Notes: generated from the letters alone by a model not told the origin. A stretch of DNA of 64,000 nt from an uncultured Clostridia bacterium (GCA_946555455.1 CAMNSU010000001.1:16526-80525), one strand, 5' to 3'. Positions 30,622 to 40,982 are shown, numbered from the stretch's first letter. Made by a program: numbers and translations.

Positions 30622-32238
30622 TTATTTATTCATCTCTCTGTCATATGCATCCTGACGGATTTTAATGACGTCTTCGATACCCATAGTTTTCAGTGTTTCA
30701 ATAAACTGGTCAAAATTGCTCAGCGGTTCTGCGCCGATGATGAATTTACCGGTCATTTCCGCAACATAGGAAGTGATGTCCGCTTCCTTGCTTGCTTTTT
30801 CGTCGCTTTCCTCCACCGTATATTTCAGCGGACGCAACAGCATACCTTTGTCTGCTTCCAGTGCATATTTCACAGAATCCGCTTTTACTTGTTTCAGTTC
30901 GTCAGACAAGTTGGATTCCAACTCATTTGCCGCGGCATATTGAATGATACCGGCAAATCCTGTATTGGTCATATACTTACAAATTGCTTCATACGGCGTT
31001 TTGCCCTCCGGATTTTTCTGAATCAAATCGGTGAACTTTTTAGTGCCGTCCGCTTCTTTGGTATAGGTTTCGCCTTCAAAGCCCCAGTTCATCATATCAG
31101 ACGCTTCTTCGCTGTAGAGATAATCAAAATAGCGTACAGCTTCCACAACATTTTTACAAGAAGTTGTAATCATTGCGCCGTCGCCGCGCATGGTCTGGAT
31201 AATGGCTGCATTCGGATAATAATTTTTGCCGCCGTTCCATGTCGGATAGGGCACTGCCGTCAGCTTGATGTTAGGGTTGAGCTGCATATATTTCGGCATG
31301 GAGTTGTTGTTGTCAATATAAAATGCACCCAACTGGTCGTTCAGCACCAGAGAATCCAGTTCTTTTCCGTTGGTGTTGAGAAAATTCTCGTTAATCAGTT
31401 TTTCGCTGTACCATTTGTTCATGGTTTCCAAATATGCTTTGAAGTTCGGACTTAAAACGGCATGGGTAACTTTGCCTTCCGCTTCATCATAATAGTATTC
31501 ATATTTACTAAATCCAAATGCACTGGTGAATGCTTCTTTGAACATCCAGTTGAGACTGCTGAACGGCACTTCGTCCTGCTGTCCGTTGCCATTCAAATCC
31601 GTCTCACGGAATTTTTTCAGCACATTATACCATTCGTCAATGGTAGTCGGCACCTTTTCGCCCACTTTATCCAGCCAGTCCTGACGAATGAAATATCCGT
31701 CATAGCACAGGAATTTCTGGTCGTCTACTGTTTTCGGGAACATCAGAATTTCACCGTTTGCCATCAGCAATTGTTCCTTGATGTCCGGTTTTTCTTCAAA
31801 TAATTTGCGCATATTGGGCGCTAATTTTTCTATATATGGCGCCAAATCCAGACAAACGCCGTTTTTCAGCTGTTTCATTCCTGTGTCCATCCAGCCGTTG
31901 AAAATAACATCCGGATAGTTATTGGACGCTAAAATAATGTTGAGCTGTTCTGCAGCCGTTCCTGTCGGATGCTGGAATTCCAGTTCCACACCGGTGATTT
32001 CTTTTAATTTCTGGAATGCCAACATGTCTCCATAGTTTTTCACATACCCTTGTGATTTGTTGTCCATCCAAACGGACAGTTTCACGCCGTCGTCTGTGAT
32101 AGGCATTTTGTTTTCCGTCAGCGTTTCCAGTTCATTCACATCCACTTTTGCTGTCTGTGTTCTACCGCCGCAGCCTGCCAGCAAACCTGCCGCCAACGTC
32201 AAAGCCAATGCGCCGCACAATACTTTTTTTGCTTTCAT
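30622..32238 (-). CDS. Extracellular solute-binding lipoprotein (family 1, LplA-like) of the sugar ABC importer
   Basis: Lipoprotein signal MKAKKVLCGALALTLAAGLLAGC after ATG 32238. About 540-aa SBP. Confidence 0.85.
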   Translation of the reverse strand: MKAKKVLCGALALTLAAGLLAGCGGRTQTAKVDVNELETLTENKMPITDDGVKLSVWMDNKSQGYVKNYGDMLAFQKLKEITGVELEFQHPTGTAAEQLNIILASNNYPDVIFNGWMDTGMKQLKNGVCLDLAPYIEKLAPNMRKLFEEKPDIKEQLLMANGEILMFPKTVDDQKFLCYDGYFIRQDWLDKVGEKVPTTIDEWYNVLKKFRETDLNGNGQQDEVPFSSLNWMFKEAFTSAFGFSKYEYYYDEAEGKVTHAVLSPNFKAYLETMNKWYSEKLINENFLNTNGKELDSLVLNDQLGAFYIDNNNSMPKYMQLNPNIKLTAVPYPTWNGGKNYYPNAAIIQTMRGDGAMITTSCKNVVEAVRYFDYLYSEEASDMMNWGFEGETYTKEADGTKKFTDLIQKNPEGKTPYEAICKYMTNTGFAGIIQYAAANELESNLSDELKQVKADSVKYALEADKGMLLRPLKYTVEESDEKASKEADITSYVAEMTGKFIIGAEPLSNFDQFIETLKTMGIEDVIKIRQDAYDREMNK

Positions 32239-32574
32239 ACTTTTCTCTTCCCCTTTCTTGTTTTGCACTCACAAACACATCTTTTCTTTGTGCATGGAAT
32301 CCGGATGGTATCCCGCCATGAACAGGCAGGGTACAGAACCACTTTTTATGTCTTTTATCCGGCTACATAAAACATCTGCCGGAAATCCGTACTAGTTCCA
32401 TCGCTTTTTCATTGTAGCACAGCTTTTTCCTGAAAATCAATATGCAATTTACGTTTTGATTGCTCAATTTATGAGATGTGGAGCGCAAAATTAGATACTT
32501 TTTTCAGAAAAAGCGGCGATTCTCTTGTTTTGCAAACAAATATCGGAAATTGCCTATCGCTGCGTCAGCAAAAA

Positions 32575-32625
32575 AAGAGAGGGCTATACTTTGCACAAAG
32601 TACAACCCTCTTTTTTCTCTATTAT
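32575..32625 (-). terminator. Intrinsic terminator after the AraC-family sensor gene
   Basis: AGAGGGTTGTACTTTGTGCAAAGTATAGCCCTCT followed by CTTTTTTT on the minus strand. Confidence 0.6.
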
Positions 32626-32633
32626 TCTATTTT

Positions 32634-34883
32634 TTAAAATTGTTCTCTATATTTTCCCGGCGTTGTTCCATAGCGTTTTTTAAAGGCACGGATAAAAGTT
32701 CCTGCGTCAATAAAGCCGCAGCGGTGCGCAATTTCCTCCAGTTTCAAATCCGAACGCAGCAGGGATTCCGCATTTTTCAGCCGGACATTTAAAATATAAT
32801 CCCGCAAAATTTCACCGGTCTGTTGTTTAAATGTTTTGGATAAATAACTGGAAGATAGCTTGAACACCCCCCCTAGTTCATTCACATTCAAATTCACATC
32901 TGCATAATTTTCCTGGACATATTCCATGACTTTATCACCAAGTGTCGTTTCTTTTGCCGGACGCTCTTTTTGGGGAATCCGACAAAGTTTTTCTGTCAGT
33001 GCTTGCGCCCTGCTATATAGTTCGTCCATGGTTAAGCAGGTTTCCAGCGCTCCGATTTCCTGTTCTTCTGCGCCGTCCTCTTCCATCGTACCGCTTCGCA
33101 GCAGTTTCAGGAAGGCACTCATCATATCATATTTCATGAATTTCAGTTCCTGCGCACTGCTCGGTCTGTCGCCATGTTGATGGAAAATTTGCCGGAGCAA
33201 CCCTTCCGCTTCTCCCTCCGCGCCACGGCGGATACTATCCAACAATTGTTGTTCCAGTTCTACCGTAAACTCATACCGGTTTTCGTTCCAATCCACATCC
33301 TGATATGCCAAAATATCCTGATCCATGGCATGGCGCCATGCAAACAAATCCATGGTCTGTGCATATGCCCGCTGCAATTGCTGCAAATCCGAAAACGATT
33401 CGCTCAGCAGCACAGAATAGTAAATACCGACACGCACTTTTGTAAATTCCTGCGCTTCACCAATACGGCTGCGTAAATCTTCACTGTTTTCCTGCTGCAT
33501 ACCAATCAGGCAAAGCAGCATGTTTTCATCAATCCGCACCGACAGCGTATGATATTCGTCGCCCAGCATTTCATCAAATACATTGGTAATTGCCAGTTCC
33601 ATCAATTCCTGTTCATTTTCATTTTCAAAATCTATCGTTCCGAAATAGTCGCTGAAATCATTGATGGACAGCAGTGCCGCGACATAAACAGGATATTCAA
33701 ATATCACATTATATTGACTAAACACGTCCTGCACTGACCCGCTGTCTTCCCGCAGGAACTTGATATAGGCATTGCGGAAAGAAATATTTTGATATTTCTT
33801 TTTCAGCAGTTCACTTTCTTTTGCACTTTTTAAAATGCCGCGCAGTGTTGTCTGGATATAGTCAAATTCATCCGTACGCGGCGCACCGGAAAGGGAATTG
33901 CCGGAAATCAGCTTCAAAATATTTTCTACCGGCGTATATTGCCGTCTGGCAAAAATATTCGCAAGCAAAATCCCCAGCACCGTAAACAGTGCGGCAAGTA
34001 ACGTCATTATCATAAGGAAAAAGTTCAATCCGCTCCAGTAGAGACCGGCGGACAGCGCATAAATACTTGTTAGATTGGCTTCATTCTCCGACACAAACGC
34101 CACAATTTTCTTGCCGCCCTGATTCAGCGTGTAGTTTCCTTCTCCCTTTTGAACCAGTTCCTCCACCGAATCTTCCAGCAGCAAAGAGGACTGTGATTGA
34201 TAGATAACAGCGTCGTCTACGCCCAGCAGCAGGAGTTCCCGTTCTTCATTCCAATTGATATCCGGAAACATGCGTTCAAATTGCCCTGCACTCATTTGGC
34301 ATACCAACACACCGGTTTTTTCTGCCGCCTCCATGGGAATGGACTGCAAATACATCACATCGCCGTTTTGATTTTTACACAACCGCTGGACATGCGGCTG
34401 CCGCATAAATGCTTTCCAAGATGCATAGTCCGCGTTTTCCGGCAAAATTTCTTCCGGTAAAAACTCCCGGTAAGCCGTTTGCATACGGTTTGCGCCATCA
34501 TAGTCTACCATCATTTCCTGTGCAATATCATAAATCGAAATGTGATCCATATTCTGGTTGTTGGCGGATATCGTACTGATTGCCTTACGCAAATTCTGCT
34601 GGTTCAACGCCTGATTTGCACCATCATTTTGGAGTGCCGCAATAATCTCTTTATCTAAGGATACGCGAATACCAAGTTTATCCAAATCATTTTTCAGCGT
34701 ATGACAAGTGGTATTCATGGTAGAGAAGGCTTCCCTGTTTGCTTTGGTAATTTCCTCCTGCACAATGCTCTTCGCCACCATTGTCATCACAAATGCAAAC
34801 AACATAAATAACAATACAAATGTCACATAGGAAATCAGCCAAGTATGGTACGGTTTCTTTTTGCCCTGCCAAAACAATCGCAT
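32634..34883 (-). CDS. Membrane-anchored AraC-family transcriptional regulator with large N-terminal sensor region (regulator of the adjacent sugar ABC system)
   Basis: N-terminal TM helix, large extracytoplasmic-like domain, second TM and C-terminal AraC HTH (...GTFIRAFKKRYGTTPGKYR). Start ATG 34883 with GGAGGA RBS. Confidence 0.8.
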   Translation of the reverse strand: MRLFWQGKKKPYHTWLISYVTFVLLFMLFAFVMTMVAKSIVQEEITKANREAFSTMNTTCHTLKNDLDKLGIRVSLDKEIIAALQNDGANQALNQQNLRKAISTISANNQNMDHISIYDIAQEMMVDYDGANRMQTAYREFLPEEILPENADYASWKAFMRQPHVQRLCKNQNGDVMYLQSIPMEAAEKTGVLVCQMSAGQFERMFPDINWNEERELLLLGVDDAVIYQSQSSLLLEDSVEELVQKGEGNYTLNQGGKKIVAFVSENEANLTSIYALSAGLYWSGLNFFLMIMTLLAALFTVLGILLANIFARRQYTPVENILKLISGNSLSGAPRTDEFDYIQTTLRGILKSAKESELLKKKYQNISFRNAYIKFLREDSGSVQDVFSQYNVIFEYPVYVAALLSINDFSDYFGTIDFENENEQELMELAITNVFDEMLGDEYHTLSVRIDENMLLCLIGMQQENSEDLRSRIGEAQEFTKVRVGIYYSVLLSESFSDLQQLQRAYAQTMDLFAWRHAMDQDILAYQDVDWNENRYEFTVELEQQLLDSIRRGAEGEAEGLLRQIFHQHGDRPSSAQELKFMKYDMMSAFLKLLRSGTMEEDGAEEQEIGALETCLTMDELYSRAQALTEKLCRIPQKERPAKETTLGDKVMEYVQENYADVNLNVNELGGVFKLSSSYLSKTFKQQTGEILRDYILNVRLKNAESLLRSDLKLEEIAHRCGFIDAGTFIRAFKKRYGTTPGKYREQF

Positions 34884-35028
34884 TCCGTTTCCTCCTATTC
34901 TAAATCCGGCATTCATCTTTGGTTAGTTCTTTTCTTTGATAACAAGGAATGTAAAAGCCATTTTACAAAATGAACTGGCTTTTGTCTGCTGCGCTGTATG
35001 CACCTGCCAAAATCGTCCCGCTTTCTCT

Positions 35029-35170
35029 CATGTGACTATTATATCATGTCCGCAGGGCGGACTGATATAATTTCGTGCATCTCCGCCGGTTGCCGCGTTT
35101 TTATGCGCGGCGAGGCGGAGGCACTTTTCAAATTCATATAATAGTCACTCATGTGACTATTATATCGCCT
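35029..35170 (+). repeat. R2 composite palindromic element, copy a (second copy at 57401-57532)
   Basis: 34-bp palindrome ATTATATCAtgtccgcagggcggacTGATATAAT (35038-35071). Nested GC hairpin CTCCGCCggttgCCGCG-tttttatg-CGCGGcgaGGCGGAG (35081-35120). Then CACTTTTCA and palindrome ATAATAGTCACtcaTGTGACTATTAT (35138-35163). Confidence 0.7.
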
Positions 35171-35255
35171 GATTCGCCATATGTCAATAGTTTCCATCTT
35201 ATTCCACCATACGCTTTTGAAATAGCGTCGCTGCTATTGTAGGCAAATATGCTAT

Positions 35256-35305
35256 AAAAAGAAAACGGCTGCCGTAGGGCGAGTACGGCAGCCGTTTTCT
35301 TTAGG
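35256..35305. terminator. Bidirectional intrinsic terminator (AAAACGGCTGCCGTA...TACGGCAGCCGTTTT)
   Basis: 15-bp stem flanked by A- and T-runs. Confidence 0.7.
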
Positions 35306-35506
35306 GGTGTTATAAAAGATGATTTTATACACTTCGTTAGACGGCAAAATGACAAAAAAGTTCCGGTTTCAGGGAGAAAAATTTTATTTTTCTCTGCCGC
35401 TTCCCACAGTCACCAACCCCTCCCTCCATTCATACACTATATTGAATCCTAAATTAGTTTTTTCCGGATTGTATACGAAACGTTTAAAATGGGAGGATGG
35501 AAAATC

Positions 35507-36373
35507 ATGAAAAAAATAGCAGTAGTCGGCGGAGATTTACGACTTGCAAAAGTTGCAGAATATCTGGCAGAAGATGGATATGTAGTCAAGATATATGGTT
35601 CAAACGCGCCTTTTTCCGGTGGTGTAAAAGTACATATCACACAGACACTGCGGGACTGTCTCCACGATGCACATGTAATTGTTCTGGGGCTTCCGGCTAC
35701 CTGTGACGATGAAACGGTCAGCACACCGAATTTTGACCAGCCAATTTATATCCGTGACATTCTCCGGTATATGCCCAAAGACGCGCTCTTGCTGGCAGGA
35801 CGCATCAGTGAAAAATTGCACGGCGAAATGATTATGCACGGCATACGCTGTGTGGACTATTTCCAGCGCGAAGAATTGACCGTCCGCAACAGCATTCCAA
35901 CCGCGGAAGGCGCCCTGCAAATTGCCATGGAGGAGCTGCCTATCACGCTGCACGGCAGCCGCAGTTTGGTTTTGGGGTTTGGACGGATTGGAAAAGTGCT
36001 TGCAAAAATGCTGCACGGAATCGGAAGTGACGTCACGTGCAGCGCACGCAAGCACTATGACAAAGCGTGGATACATTGCATGGGATATCATGCAATTGAT
36101 ACCGCGGACATTCTTCCGGTGATAGACCAGTTTGACGTGATTTTCAACACCATTCCAGTCAAGATACTTTCAAGCGAAGTCCTCAGCCGTGTCCGCCGCG
36201 ACAGCCTGGTGGTTGACCTTGCCTCAAAACCGGGCGGGGTGGACTTTGACGCGGCAAAAGAGCGAGGGCTGAATGTTATTTGGGCGCTTTCCCTGCCGGG
36301 AAAGGTTGCGCCTGCAACAGCGGGAGAAATTATTAAAGAAACCATTGTAAACATTATGAATGAAATCCTATAA
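35507..36373 (+). CDS. dpaA: Dipicolinate synthase subunit A (SpoVFA)
   Basis: MKKIAVVGGDLRLAKVAEYL Rossmann N-terminus and DpaA family features. RBS GGGAGGATGG. Candidate sigma-K -10 CATACACTA about 60 nt upstream. Confidence 0.85.
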   Translation: MKKIAVVGGDLRLAKVAEYLAEDGYVVKIYGSNAPFSGGVKVHITQTLRDCLHDAHVIVLGLPATCDDETVSTPNFDQPIYIRDILRYMPKDALLLAGRISEKLHGEMIMHGIRCVDYFQREELTVRNSIPTAEGALQIAMEELPITLHGSRSLVLGFGRIGKVLAKMLHGIGSDVTCSARKHYDKAWIHCMGYHAIDTADILPVIDQFDVIFNTIPVKILSSEVLSRVRRDSLVVDLASKPGGVDFDAAKERGLNVIWALSLPGKVAPATAGEIIKETIVNIMNEIL

Positions 36374-36497
36374 TCATTGGTATTTGGGAAAGCTGTTTTT
36401 GCCGCAGCAGTATATCCTTTCACGTTTTTTCATCTCCGTCCGTTTTGGCGGCGGCTGAAAAATCTCGCTATTTTTTGCGGCAGAAGGAGGGAATTTT

Positions 36498-37079
36498 ATG
36501 GATTTAAACGGCATTCGGGTCGGTTTTGCCATGACCGGCTCGTTTTGTACCTTTGCACAAGTCCTGCCGCAGGTGCAAAACCTTGTGGACATGGGCAGCA
36601 AAGTGACGCCTATTATGAGTGAAACCGCTGCCGGAACAGACACACGTTTTGGCAGCGCTGAATATTTCAGGTCTTCTCTGGAAGAAATGACGGGAACGCC
36701 TGTTATCAGCACCATCAAAGACGCTGAACCGATTGGACCGAAAAAGCTGCTCGATATTCTGGTGATTGCTCCCTGCACCGGCAACACCATATCCAAACTG
36801 GCAAACGGTATCACGGACAGCAGCGTTTGTATGGCTGCAAAAGCGCACCTGCGCAACGGTCGTCCTTTGGTGATTGCTGTTTCCACAAACGATGCGCTGG
36901 GCACCAGCGCCCGCAATATCGGACAACTGCTCAATGCCAAAAATATTTACTTAGTACCTTTCCGGCAAGATGACCCTGTCCACAAACAAACTTCCATGGT
37001 TGCGGATATGCAGCGCATTGCTGCTACGCTGGAAATGGCGCTGGAAGGAAAACAAATCCAGCCTCTTGTGATTACCTGA
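36498..37079 (+). CDS. dpaB: Dipicolinate synthase subunit B (SpoVFB, flavoprotein)
   Basis: 193-aa flavoprotein-family sequence immediately downstream of dpaA. Confidence 0.85.
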   Translation: MDLNGIRVGFAMTGSFCTFAQVLPQVQNLVDMGSKVTPIMSETAAGTDTRFGSAEYFRSSLEEMTGTPVISTIKDAEPIGPKKLLDILVIAPCTGNTISKLANGITDSSVCMAAKAHLRNGRPLVIAVSTNDALGTSARNIGQLLNAKNIYLVPFRQDDPVHKQTSMVADMQRIAATLEMALEGKQIQPLVIT

Positions 37080-37226
37080 TAAAACTATTGGGGGACGTTC
37101 CGCGTCATCTTAGGACAAGGAACTTACCCTTATTTTACAGAAAGAACCTGACATTTTGTTCCGTGTTCTTTCCTATATTTATAGATAAATGCTAATGTAC
37201 TATATACGTGAATCCTGTTTTCTCTT

Positions 37227-37260
37227 GACCCGCTGCTTTTTATGCAGCGGGTCATTTTTG
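37227..37260 (+). terminator. Intrinsic terminator after dpaB (GACCCGCTGC-tttttat-GCAGCGGGTC plus T-run)
   Basis: Perfect 10-bp stem followed by TTTTTG. Confidence 0.75.
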
Positions 37261-37341
37261 TGTGCAAACGAATTGATTTCTTGCCTAAAATGCGTTATAC
37301 TATAGATATTATCTTATCAACGACGAAAGGAATGACATACC

Positions 37342-37683
37342 ATGCCATTTATCAACACCAAAACAACGCTTTCCATGACACAGGAACAAAAAACTGCCGT
37401 GAAACAGCGGTTTGGCGAAGCTGTTACTTGTCTTGGCAAAAGCGAATCGTTTCTGATGGTGGGCTTTGAACCGACAGCCGACCTCTATTTTAAAGGCGAC
37501 AATTCGCAGCCGCTCGCGTTTGTGGAAGTGAAACTATTCGGCGACGCATCCCCCTCCGCCTATGACCGTATGACAGACGCAGTCTGCTCCATTTTACAGG
37601 AAGAACTCGGCATCTCCCCCGCCAACATTTATGTGCAATATTCCCCTTGTGACCATTGGGGCTGGAACGGGCGGAATTTCTAA
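37342..37683 (+). CDS. Tautomerase-superfamily protein (Pro1 catalytic, PptA/4-OT-like)
   Basis: Starts MPF... with about 113 aa in a two-repeat beta-alpha-beta pattern. Promoter TTGATT-17-TATACT at 37277-37305. Confidence 0.55.
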   Translation: MPFINTKTTLSMTQEQKTAVKQRFGEAVTCLGKSESFLMVGFEPTADLYFKGDNSQPLAFVEVKLFGDASPSAYDRMTDAVCSILQEELGISPANIYVQYSPCDHWGWNGRNF

Positions 37684-37755
37684 ATTCCCTCCGGCGCGCG
37701 GCGCAAGCATCGGCTTTTTGCCACTTATCTCAACGGACACAGAAAGGAGTTCCCC

Positions 37756-38655
37756 ATGTCATACCAAGAAATCACCTGCAACACCGCCATAGGGCGTTTG
37801 AAACGCCAATTTCCTTATGCATGGGACATGAACCCCTATCGCGGCTGTGCGCATGGCTGCCGGTATTGTTTCGCCATGTATTCCCACAAGTATCTGGATG
37901 GCGGCAGCAAAGACTATTTCAATGATATCTACGTGAAAACAAACATTGTAGACCGTTTGGAACTGCAATTGCGCCGCCCCTCTTGGAAGCGTGAAATTAT
38001 CAATATCGGCGGTGTGGCGGACTGCTACCAGCCTGCTGAGGCACATTACCGGCTCATGCCGGAAATTCTGAAATTGCTGATTCGCTACCGCACCCCCTGC
38101 ATTATTTGCACCAAATCTGCGCTGGTCCTGCGGGACTATGACTTGATTGACGAACTATCGCGGCTGACCTATGTGAACGTTGCCGCTACTGTCACTTGTA
38201 TGGACGAAACAATCCGTCAAAAGCTGGAGCCGGGTGGTGCGCCTTCCATGCAGCGTTTTTCCGTGCTGAAAGAATTTTCTAAAACAAATGCTTCCACCGG
38301 TCTGCATGTGATGCCGATTATTCCCTATTTAACAGACAACGAAGCAAATCTTCGCGCTTTATTTGCGCAGGCGGCGGACTGCCGCGTGGGATATGTATTG
38401 CCCGGCACGCTTTATTTGCGCGGAAACACCCGCCAAGTCTTTTTTTCTTTCATACAAGAGACTTTCCCTGCACTTTATGAACCGCTTACGCAGCTTTACA
38501 AAAAAGGCAGCGCCGGCAAGGACTACAAAGACCGTCTCTATCAAATGGTGAACAAACTCAGGCGGCAGTATGGACTTAGCAGCAGCTATTCCGCGCTCAT
38601 GCGTGAAAAGATGCCGCGCACGGAAAACCGTCAGCTTTCCATGTTTGACGACTAG
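37756..38655 (+). CDS. Radical SAM protein, SplB/DNA-repair-photolyase-like (COG1533 family)
   Basis: CxxxCxxC motif GCAHGCRYC near the N-terminus. About 300 aa. Confidence 0.6.
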   Translation: MSYQEITCNTAIGRLKRQFPYAWDMNPYRGCAHGCRYCFAMYSHKYLDGGSKDYFNDIYVKTNIVDRLELQLRRPSWKREIINIGGVADCYQPAEAHYRLMPEILKLLIRYRTPCIICTKSALVLRDYDLIDELSRLTYVNVAATVTCMDETIRQKLEPGGAPSMQRFSVLKEFSKTNASTGLHVMPIIPYLTDNEANLRALFAQAADCRVGYVLPGTLYLRGNTRQVFFSFIQETFPALYEPLTQLYKKGSAGKDYKDRLYQMVNKLRRQYGLSSSYSALMREKMPRTENRQLSMFDD

Positions 38656-38787
38656 GCATAAGATTCGACTTTTGCTTGCCTATTCTTGTCAAGTGATGGT
38701 AAACTTCCCTCTTGATTTTTATTGTAGTTTTTGCTATAATAAAGTCATATTATGACACTATTTGAAAACAGAAAGGAAGGGTCTTTT

Positions 38788-39300
38788 ATGTTAGACAAAA
38801 AAGTTGCTGAATTACTGAATGCGCAGATCAATAAAGAACTGTATTCTGCTTATATCTATCTGGAAATGGCAGACTACTACTCTGATGAAGGACTGGGCGG
38901 GTTTGAAAACTGGTTCTATATCCAGACGCAGGAGGAACGCGACCACGCCATGCTGTTCCGCGCTTATTTGCTGAACAACGGTGAAAAAGTGACGCTGGAT
39001 ACCATTGAAAAACCAGGGAAATCCTATGATAATTTCCGTGCGCCGCTGGAAACCGCGCTGGAGCACGAACGCTATGTCACTTCTTTGATTAACGCCATCT
39101 ATGACGCGGCATATAGCGTGAAAGATTTCCGCACCATGCAGTTTTTGGACTGGTTTGTGAAAGAGCAGTGTGAAGAAGAGAAAAATACGGACGATTTAAT
39201 CAAACGTTTTGATTTGTTCGGCAGCGACGCAAAAGGGTTGTATATGCTGGACAGCGAACTGGGCGCACGCGTTTACTCCGCACCGTCTCTGACGCTTTAA
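38788..39300 (+). CDS. Ferritin-like non-heme iron storage protein
   Basis: Ferritin diiron motifs (E...ExxH). Start MLDKKVAELLNAQINKE with RBS AAAGGAAGGG. Promoter TTGATT-17-TATAAT at 38706-38740. Confidence 0.85.
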   Translation: MLDKKVAELLNAQINKELYSAYIYLEMADYYSDEGLGGFENWFYIQTQEERDHAMLFRAYLLNNGEKVTLDTIEKPGKSYDNFRAPLETALEHERYVTSLINAIYDAAYSVKDFRTMQFLDWFVKEQCEEEKNTDDLIKRFDLFGSDAKGLYMLDSELGARVYSAPSLTL

Positions 39301-39324
39301 TCGTATTTCTTGATAGAATCTATG

Positions 39325-39355
39325 CAGCCGGAACGAAAATGTTCCGGCTGTTTTT
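39325..39355 (+). terminator. Intrinsic terminator after the ferritin gene (CAGCCGGAAC-gaaaat-GTTCCGGCTG-TTTTT)
   Basis: 10-bp stem plus T-run. Confidence 0.75.
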
Positions 39356-39426
39356 GTCTTTACAAAAATTCTATGATATGCTATAATAAGAACAAATGTT
39401 TTTGTATCAAAAGGTGGTGGAATCCT

Positions 39427-40767
39427 ATGCAGCAGCAATCCTTATTTGAACGGCAGCAGGAAAGCCCTCTTGCCAGCCGTCTGCGTCCCGAAACGCTGGA
39501 CGATTTTGTGGGGCAGCGTCATTTGCTGGGCGAAGGAAAGATTCTCCGACAACTGATTGACCGCGACCAAATTTCTTCCATGGTTTTCTGGGGGCCGCCC
39601 GGCGTGGGCAAAACCACGCTCGCGCGCATTATTGCAGGGCGCACCCGCGCGGATTTTATCAATTTCAGCGCAGTTACCAGCGGTATTAAAGAAATCAAAG
39701 AAGTGATGGGCAAGGCGGAACAACGCCGCGTGATGGGCGACAAAACCATTGTGTTTGTTGACGAAATCCACCGTTTTAATAAAGCGCAGCAGGACGCGTT
39801 TTTGCCGTTTGTGGAAAAAGGCAGCATTATTCTGATTGGCGCAACGACAGAAAATCCGTCGTTTGAAATCAACGCCGCGCTGCTCTCCCGCTGCAAAGTA
39901 TTTGTCTTGCAGGCGCTTTCCACCGCCGACCTCACCGCCTTGCTCCGCCACGCGCTGAAAGACCCGCGCGGGTTTGGCGGACAGCAAATCGACATTGGAG
40001 AAGATATGCTGGAAGCTGTCGCAGGCTTTGCAAACGGCGACGCGCGCGTTGCGCTGGGCACGCTGGAAATGGTGGTACTCAACGGTGAACTAAGCGGCGA
40101 AACTGTCCGCGTGACAAAAGAAACGCTGGAACAGTGTATCAGCCGGAAATCCCTTTTATATGATAAAAACGGTGAGGAACACTATAATCTCATTTCCGCC
40201 CTGCACAAATCCATGCGCAACAGCGACCCTGATGCGGCAGTTTATTGGCTGGCGCGTATGCTGGAGGCAGGCGAAGACCCGCTCTATGTCGCCCGCCGGT
40301 TGGTGCGGTTCGCCAGCGAAGATATCGGCATGGCGGACAGCCGCGCGCTGGAGCTTGCGGTCAGCGCCTATCAGGCATGTCATTTTATCGGTATGCCGGA
40401 GTGCGACGTGACATTGACCCACGCGGTTGTGTATCTGTCCCTTGCGCCCAAGTCCAACGCGCTCTATACTGCCTATGGCAGAGCGAAACGCGACGCCGCG
40501 GAAATGTTGGCGGAACCGGTACCGCTGCACATTCGCAACGCGCCCACTAAACTGATGAAAGAACTGCACTACGGCGAAGGATATCAGTATGCGCATGACG
40601 CCGCGGACAAACTAACGGACATGCAATGCCTGCCCGATACGCTGCTCACCCGCCGCTATTACCGCCCGGGCACGCAGGGGTCGGAGGCAAAAGTGCGCCA
40701 GCGCTTGATACAGATTGAGGATTGGCGCAGCAACCACGGCGCGCCGCCAAAAGAAACAGAACTTTAA
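39427..40767 (+). CDS. rarA: Replication-associated recombination protein A (AAA+ ATPase RarA/MgsA)
   Basis: Walker A GPPGVGKTT, Walker B VFVDEIHRF and the MgsA C-terminal domain. Start ATG 39427 with RBS AAAGGTGGTGG. Promoter TTTACA-17-TATAAT at 39359-39387. Confidence 0.9.
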   Translation: MQQQSLFERQQESPLASRLRPETLDDFVGQRHLLGEGKILRQLIDRDQISSMVFWGPPGVGKTTLARIIAGRTRADFINFSAVTSGIKEIKEVMGKAEQRRVMGDKTIVFVDEIHRFNKAQQDAFLPFVEKGSIILIGATTENPSFEINAALLSRCKVFVLQALSTADLTALLRHALKDPRGFGGQQIDIGEDMLEAVAGFANGDARVALGTLEMVVLNGELSGETVRVTKETLEQCISRKSLLYDKNGEEHYNLISALHKSMRNSDPDAAVYWLARMLEAGEDPLYVARRLVRFASEDIGMADSRALELAVSAYQACHFIGMPECDVTLTHAVVYLSLAPKSNALYTAYGRAKRDAAEMLAEPVPLHIRNAPTKLMKELHYGEGYQYAHDAADKLTDMQCLPDTLLTRRYYRPGTQGSEAKVRQRLIQIEDWRSNHGAPPKETEL

Positions 40768-40780
40768 TGAATATATAAAA

Positions 40781-40815
40781 ATGTCGCTGAGATAAAATTT
40801 ACCCCAGCGACATTT
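40781..40815. terminator. Bidirectional terminator between rarA and the RHH gene pair
   Basis: ATGTCGCTG...CAGCGACAT stem flanked by A- and T-runs. Confidence 0.6.
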
Positions 40816-40980
40816 TTATTTCTCTGATTTTTCTTGGTGAACCAAATACTCTTTTAAAATGATATTCACAAATTGTGACAACGACCTGTCATCTTCCTCC
40901 GCCAGTTTGCTTATCTTCTGCACAACCTCTGGGTCTAATGTTATGCTGATTCGCTGCTTCTTCGATTTCATTATATCCAT
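40816..40980 (-). CDS. Ribbon-helix-helix (CopG/Arc-like) small DNA-binding protein, 54 aa (below ORF-track cutoff)
   Basis: Minus-strand ORF MDIMKSKKQRISITLDPEVVQKISKLAEEDDRSLSQFVNIILKEYLVHQEKSEK. RBS GAAGGGA. Confidence 0.6.
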   Translation of the reverse strand: MDIMKSKKQRISITLDPEVVQKISKLAEEDDRSLSQFVNIILKEYLVHQEKSEK

Positions 40981-40982
40981 TT

